DNA of 64,000 nucleotides from Escherichia coli (GTDB lineage Bacteria; Pseudomonadota; Gammaproteobacteria; Enterobacterales; Enterobacteriaceae): NCBI RefSeq assembly GCF_002854065.1, contig NZ_CP024147.1; one strand, 5' to 3'. Shown piece by piece: positions 58,999 to 64,000 of this stretch (position 1 is its first letter; each line of letters starts with the position of its first letter). The notes under the pieces were generated by a model. It saw only the letters and a program-made list of their open reading frames with translations, ran no database searches and was not told where the DNA came from. The position numbers and the translations under genes were made by a program.

Positions 58999-59056
58999 TT
59001 TAGTTATCCTTATTCGTTTAACAGCAAAACGGGCTACCCCCAGGCAGCCCGTTCAT

Positions 59057-59257
59057 TCACTCGGCTTCGTCCAGCCAGACTAACAAAATCGCTTCGAGGA
59101 TTTTCTCGTTGGATGCCTGCGGGTCGTCGTCGAAATCTTCCAGATCGCAAATCCACTGATGCATATCGGTGAATCGAACCGTTTTCGGATCAAGATCGGG
59201 ATACGCATCGTACAGTGCTTCGCCAATTTCGCGGCTATCGGTCCACTTAAGTCCCAT
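59057..59257 (-). CDS. iscX: Fe-S assembly protein IscX
   Basis: 66 aa acidic protein ([17 protein letters not shown]...). Confidence 0.95.
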
Positions 59258-59268
59258 ACTAACCTCTG

Positions 59269-59604
59269 TTAATGCTCACGCGCATGGTTGATCGTGTAAC
59301 GCGGGATTTCGACCACTAAATCTTCGTCGGTGACGCGCGCCTGGCAGCTTAAACGGCTTTCCGGCTCCAGTCCCCAGGCTTTGTCCAGCATGTCGTCTTC
59401 CTGCTCTGAGCTTTCTGGAAGCGAGTCAAAACCTTCACGAACGATGCAGTGGCAGGTGGTGCAAGCACAGGATTTTTCACAGGCGTGTTCAATCTCGATA
59501 CCGTTACGCAGAGCTGCGTCGAGAATGGTTTCACCGCTATTAGCTTCCAGAACAGCGCCATCAGGGCAGAGATCCTGATGAGGCAAAATAACAATCTTTG
59601 GCAT
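59269..59604 (-). CDS. fdx: [2Fe-2S] ferredoxin Fdx (isc operon)
   Basis: 111 aa; Cys motif CxxxxxCxxC...C. Confidence 0.95.
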
Positions 59605-59605
59605 A

Positions 59606-61456
59606 TTAAACCTCGTCCACGGAATGGCCTTTCAGCGCACGACGAACCGACTGGTCCATGCGGCGAGCGGCGAAATCCTGGGTTTGTTTGTCTACGTTTT
59701 TAATCGCTTGTTCGATGGCGTCAACGTCATCGCCCTGCGCCACTTCACTCAGGTGAGCGGCAGCATCGTCAATGACCTGACGTTCTGCGGCGCTTAACAG
59801 CGCGGCATCAGCAGCCAGCGCGCCGTGCAGACTTTCCAGCACACGCGCCGCTTCTACTTTTTGTTCTGCCAGCATTCGGGCTTTTACGTCCTGCTCGGCA
59901 TAGCTCATTGAGTCTTTGATCATCGAAGCGATTTCGCTATCGGTCAGACCGTAAGACGGTTTGACCTGAATAGACGCCTCAACGCCGGTGGATTTCTCCA
60001 TCGCCGTCACGCTCAAAAGACCGTCGGCATCGACCTGGAACGTCACGCGAATATGCGCACCGCCAGCCGGTAGCGCCGGAATACCACGCAGCGCAAAACG
60101 CGCCAGTGAGCGGCAGTCCTGCACCAGTTCGCGCTCACCCTGCATTACATGGATAGACATCGCCGTCTGACCATCTTTAAAGGTGGTGAAATCCTGAGCG
60201 CGGGCCACTGGAATAGTGGTATTACGCGGAATCACTTTCTCCACCAGGCCGCCCATCGTTTCGAGGCCCAGCGACAGTGGGATCACATCAAGCAACAGCA
60301 TTTCGCTGTCTGGCTTGTTACCCACCAGAATATCCGCCTGAATCGCCGCGCCAATAGCGACGACTTTATCCGGGTCGATGGAAGTCAGCGGTGGACGACC
60401 GAAAAATTCGCCTACCCGTTCACGCACCAGCGGCACGCGAGTAGAACCGCCCACCATCACCACTTCCAGCACTTCATCAGCTTCTACACCCGCGTCTTTC
60501 AGCGCGCGACGACAAGCCAATAAGGTTCGTTTTACCAGTGGCGCGATCAGTTCATTGAATTGTTCACGGCTGATTTCGCCCTGCCAGCCCGCAACGTTAA
60601 CGGTCACGGAGTCCGCATCGCTCAGCGCGATTTTGGCTGCAATGGCGGCATCCAGCAGTTCACGCTGAACGCGGTTATCGCTACGATCAGGAATGCCCGC
60701 CTGCTCGCGAATGTAATCCGCCAGCAGATGGTCGAAATCATCGCCGCCGAGCGCGGAATCACCGCCGGTTGCCAGCACTTCAAACACGCCGCGACTTAAG
60801 CGCAGAATGGAAATATCAAACGTCCCGCCACCGAGGTCATAAACGGCGATCACGCCTTCCTGACCGGAATCCAGCCCGTAGGCGATAGCCGCAGCGGTCG
60901 GTTCGTTAAGTAAGCGCAGGACGTGAAGGCCCGCCAGACGCGCCGCGTCTTTGGTGCCCTGACGCTGGGCATCGTCAAAGTACGCCGGAACGGTGATAAC
61001 TACACCATCCAGCTCGCCTGCCAGGGCTTCAGTTGCCCGCGCCGCCAGTGCTTTGAGGATGTCCGCAGAAACGCGCACCGGGTTCAGCAGCCCCGCCGCC
61101 GTTTCAATCATCGGCAGGCCGTTTTCGCTGGCCTGGAATTGATAAGGCAGATGCGGATAGCGTTGCTGGATATCAGCCAGCGAGCGTCCCATCAGGCGTT
61201 TAACAGAACTAATTGTGTTGGCGGTATCGAGCGCTGCATTAGTACGCGCGTCATAACCCACCGAATGCCCTTGCTGTTGATAGTGAACAACAGATGGCAG
61301 CAGGTGACGGCCTTCATGGTCGGCTAACGTTTCGGCCTGACCGCTGCGCACTGTCGCCACCAGCGAGTTGGTTGTGCCCAGGTCAATACCGGCCGCCAGA
61401 CGACGCTGATGCGGCGCAGCACTCAAACCAGGTTCACTAATTTGTAATAAGGCCAT
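59606..61456 (-). CDS. hscA: Fe-S cluster assembly Hsp70 chaperone HscA
   Basis: 616 aa from [10 protein letters not shown]...; Hsp70 signatures ([16 protein letters not shown]). Confidence 0.95.
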
Positions 61457-61472
61457 GTTTAGCTTCCAGAAA

Positions 61473-61988
61473 TTAAAAATCGAGCAGTTTTTCTTCGAGT
61501 TGTTCGGCACTGCTTCGCAGTTTATCGAGAAAACGCAGCTTACGCACGGTATCCGCCGCCGCGTCCCAGGTCTCGTTGTCTAACTGTTCAACCATCAACT
61601 GATGGCGGGTATCAAACATCTTTTTCACACGTTTGATAAAGCTTTCCAGCCGCGCTTCATCTTTCGCCTGTTCGATCTCGTCCAGCTCTTCGCGCAGCTC
61701 CAACTGTTCCATCAGGAACGCGGTGTCGCGCACAGTATGCTGCTCGCTGGCGAGATCAAAGCCGTGCAAAGAAAGCAAATATTCCGCGCGCATTAACGGA
61801 TGACGCAGCGTTTGCCAGGCCTGGTTAATGGTTGCAGATTGCTGTACGGCGGCGAGTTGTTCCGCCTGGCTTCCGCTGGCGAATTTATCAGGATGATACT
61901 GACGTTGTAGATCCTGAAAACGCAGGCTCAGCGCCTGGGTATCGAGTTGATAACGGGCAGGCAAGCCAAAGAGGGTGAAGTAATCCAT
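61473..61988 (-). CDS. hscB: J-domain co-chaperone HscB
   Basis: 171 aa; HPD motif (QYHPDKF). Confidence 0.95.
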
Positions 61989-62083
61989 AACATTCTCAGG
62001 GCTGCGATCCGCCGCGATAACGGCGAATCAGGTAAAACAAACCCCACGCGCAGGCGACCACGGTGGGGTTATCGGTATGCGCA

Positions 62084-62407
62084 TCAAACGTGGAAGCTTT
62101 CGCCGCAACCACACTCATCTTTAACGTTCGGGTTGGTGAATTTAAACCCTTCGTTCAGGCCTTCTTTTACGAAGTCCAGCTGCGTACCGTCCAGAAATTG
62201 CAGGCTTTTGCCATCGACCACGACTTTCACGCCTTTGTCTTCAAACACGATGTCTTCCGGCGTCGGTTCGTCAACAAATTCCAGTACATAAGCCATACCT
62301 GAACATCCGGAGGTTCTCACGCCCAGACGCAGGCCAAACCCTTTGCCGCGGTTAGCCAGAAAGGTATTTACTCGCGCTGCTGCACTGTCGCTCAGTGTAA
62401 TCGACAT
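62084..62407 (-). CDS. iscA: Fe-S cluster insertion (A-type carrier) protein IscA
   Basis: 107 aa from [13 protein letters not shown]...; C-terminal CGCGESF. Confidence 0.95.
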   Translation of the reverse strand: MSITLSDSAAARVNTFLANRGKGFGLRLGVRTSGCSGMAYVLEFVDEPTPEDIVFEDKGVKVVVDGKSLQFLDGTQLDFVKEGLNEGFKFTNPNVKDECGCGESFHV

Positions 62408-62423
62408 AACCAAACCTCAACTC

Positions 62424-62810
62424 TTATTTTGCTTCACGTTTGCTTTTATAGTCCGCAATGGCGGCTTTGATCGCGTCTTCTGCCAGAATAGAACAGTGAA
62501 TTTTCACCGGCGGCAGTTCAAGTTCTTCAGCAATATCGGTGTTTTTGATCGCCTGCGCTTCGTCGAGAGACTTCCCTTTCACCCATTCGGTGACCAGGGA
62601 GCTGGAAGCGATAGCGGAACCGCAGCCGTAAGTTTTAAAACGCGCGTCTTCAATGATACCTTCATCGTTGACTTTAATCTGCAACTTCATCACGTCGCCA
62701 CAGGCCGGTGCACCCACCATGCCGCTGCCGATGTTCTCGTCGTTGTTGTCAAAGGAACCCACGTTACGCGGATTCTCGTAATGGTCGATAACTTTTTCGC
62801 TGTAAGCCAT
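62424..62810 (-). CDS. iscU: Fe-S cluster scaffold IscU
   Basis: 128 aa; conserved Cys triad and LPPVK motif. Confidence 0.95.
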   Translation of the reverse strand: MAYSEKVIDHYENPRNVGSFDNNDENIGSGMVGAPACGDVMKLQIKVNDEGIIEDARFKTYGCGSAIASSSLVTEWVKGKSLDEAQAIKNTDIAEELELPPVKIHCSILAEDAIKAAIADYKSKREAK

Positions 62811-62837
62811 TATAAATTCTCCTGATTCCGATACCGA

Positions 62838-64000
62838 TTAATGATGAGCCCATTCGATGCTGTTCAGATCCACGCCCTGCTTGTACATTTCCCACAGCGG
62901 AGAAAGGTCACGCAGACGACCGATGGATTTACGAACTAACTCGATGGTGTAGTCGATCTCTTCTTCAGTAGTAAAACGACCTAAAGAGAAACGGATAGAG
63001 CTATGTGCCAGCTCGTCGTTCAGCCCCAGCGCGCGCAGCACGTAGGACGGTTCGAGGCTTGCTGACGTACAGGCGGAACCGGAAGAAACCGCGAGGTCTT
63101 TCAGCGCCATAATCAGCGACTCACCTTCAACGTAGTTGAAGCTGACGTTGAGAATGTTCGGCGCACCGTGTTCCAGGTCACCGTTCAGGTAAACTTCTTC
63201 GATATCTTTGATGCCGTTCCACAGACGGTTACGCAGGCCGCGCAGACGTTCCATCTCGGTCGCCATCTCTTCTTTTGCGATGCGATAGGCTTCGCCCATT
63301 CCGACGATCTGGTGAACAGGCAGAGTGCCGGAACGCATACCGCGCTCGTGACCACCGCCGTGCATTTGCGCTTCGATGCGTACGCGCGGTTTACGACGCA
63401 CATACAGCGCACCGATACCTTTCGGGCCATAGATTTTGTGACCGGAGAAAGACATCAGGTCAACTTTCAACTGGCTCAGGTCGATAGGCAGTTTGCCCAC
63501 GCTCTGGGTTGCATCAACGTGATAGATAATGCCACGAGCACGGCACATTTCGCCGATAGCCGCGATATCCTGCACCACGCCGATTTCGTTATTTACGTGC
63601 ATGATGGAAACAAGGATGGTGTCGTCACGCATCGCTGCTTCAAGTTCTTTCAGGTCGATAATGCCGTTACGCTGCGGTGCCAGGTAGGTGACTTCGAAAC
63701 CTTCGCGCTCCAGCTGACGGCAGGTATCCAGTACCGCTTTATGTTCGGTTTTGCTGGTGATGATGTGCTTGCCTTTTTTCTGATAAAAGTTGGCTGCACC
63801 TTTGATCGCCAGGTTGTCAGATTCGGTTGCACCAGAGGTAAAGACGATTTCACGCGGATCAGCGCCGACCAGATCGGCAATCTGATTACGGGCGATATCT
63901 ACCGCTTCTTCAGCCTGCCAGCCGAAACGGTGAGAACGGGAGGCCGGGTTACCAAAGGTTCCGTCCATCGTCATAAACTGCATCATTTTCTCGGCAACAC
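62838..64000 (-). CDS. iscS: Cysteine desulfurase IscS, 5'-truncated by window edge (N-terminus lies beyond 64000)
   Basis: C-terminal about 387 aa of a PLP-dependent class V aminotransferase ([10 protein letters not shown]); ORF runs off the window. Confidence 0.95.
   Translation of the reverse strand, partial: VAEKMMQFMTMDGTFGNPASRSHRFGWQAEEAVDIARNQIADLVGADPREIVFTSGATESDNLAIKGAANFYQKKGKHIITSKTEHKAVLDTCRQLEREGFEVTYLAPQRNGIIDLKELEAAMRDDTILVSIMHVNNEIGVVQDIAAIGEMCRARGIIYHVDATQSVGKLPIDLSQLKVDLMSFSGHKIYGPKGIGALYVRRKPRVRIEAQMHGGGHERGMRSGTLPVHQIVGMGEAYRIAKEEMATEMERLRGLRNRLWNGIKDIEEVYLNGDLEHGAPNILNVSFNYVEGESLIMALKDLAVSSGSACTSASLEPSYVLRALGLNDELAHSSIRFSLGRFTTEEEIDYTIELVRKSIGRLRDLSPLWEMYKQGVDLNSIEWAHH

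Overview
This window reads as an Escherichia/Shigella-type chromosomal segment running from the 3' half of the hyf hydrogenase-4 operon to the start of the isc operon. The gene order is hyfFGHIJR-focB, perM, bepA, yfgD, hda, uraA-upp, purMN, ppk-ppx, pdeF, yfgGHI, guaBA, xseA, then yfgJ-der-bamB-yfgM-hisS-ispG-rodZ-rlmN-ndk-pbpC-yfhM-sseA, then sseB-pepB-iscX-fdx-hscAB-iscAUS. Gene identities are from my own reading of the translated ORFs; no database search was run. Two places are not ordinary core. (1) A roughly 9.3 kb accessory segment sits between xseA and yfgJ (28.5-37.9 kb). It carries three co-directional minus-strand genes for secreted proteins: an intimin/invasin-like inverse autotransporter (SinH-like), a small secreted protein (SinI-like) that looks like a chimera of its two neighbours, and a giant repeat protein (RatA-like) whose reading frame is broken by two frameshifts. 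(2) The sseA-sseB intergenic region holds a tandem duplication of a ryfA-like locus. Each copy has a strong RBS, a 31-codon ORF overlapping by ATGA a 41-codon hydrophobic ORF, and a Rho-independent terminator, plus a divergent upstream segment whose 15-16 nt core is identical to the 5' region of the ryfA-like transcript. The core sequence differs between the two copies but matches within each copy. I read this as two sibling type I toxin/antisense-sRNA modules (RyfA/TimP-TimR-like) with copy-specific pairing. No CRISPR array, tRNA, rRNA, integrase or IS element was seen.
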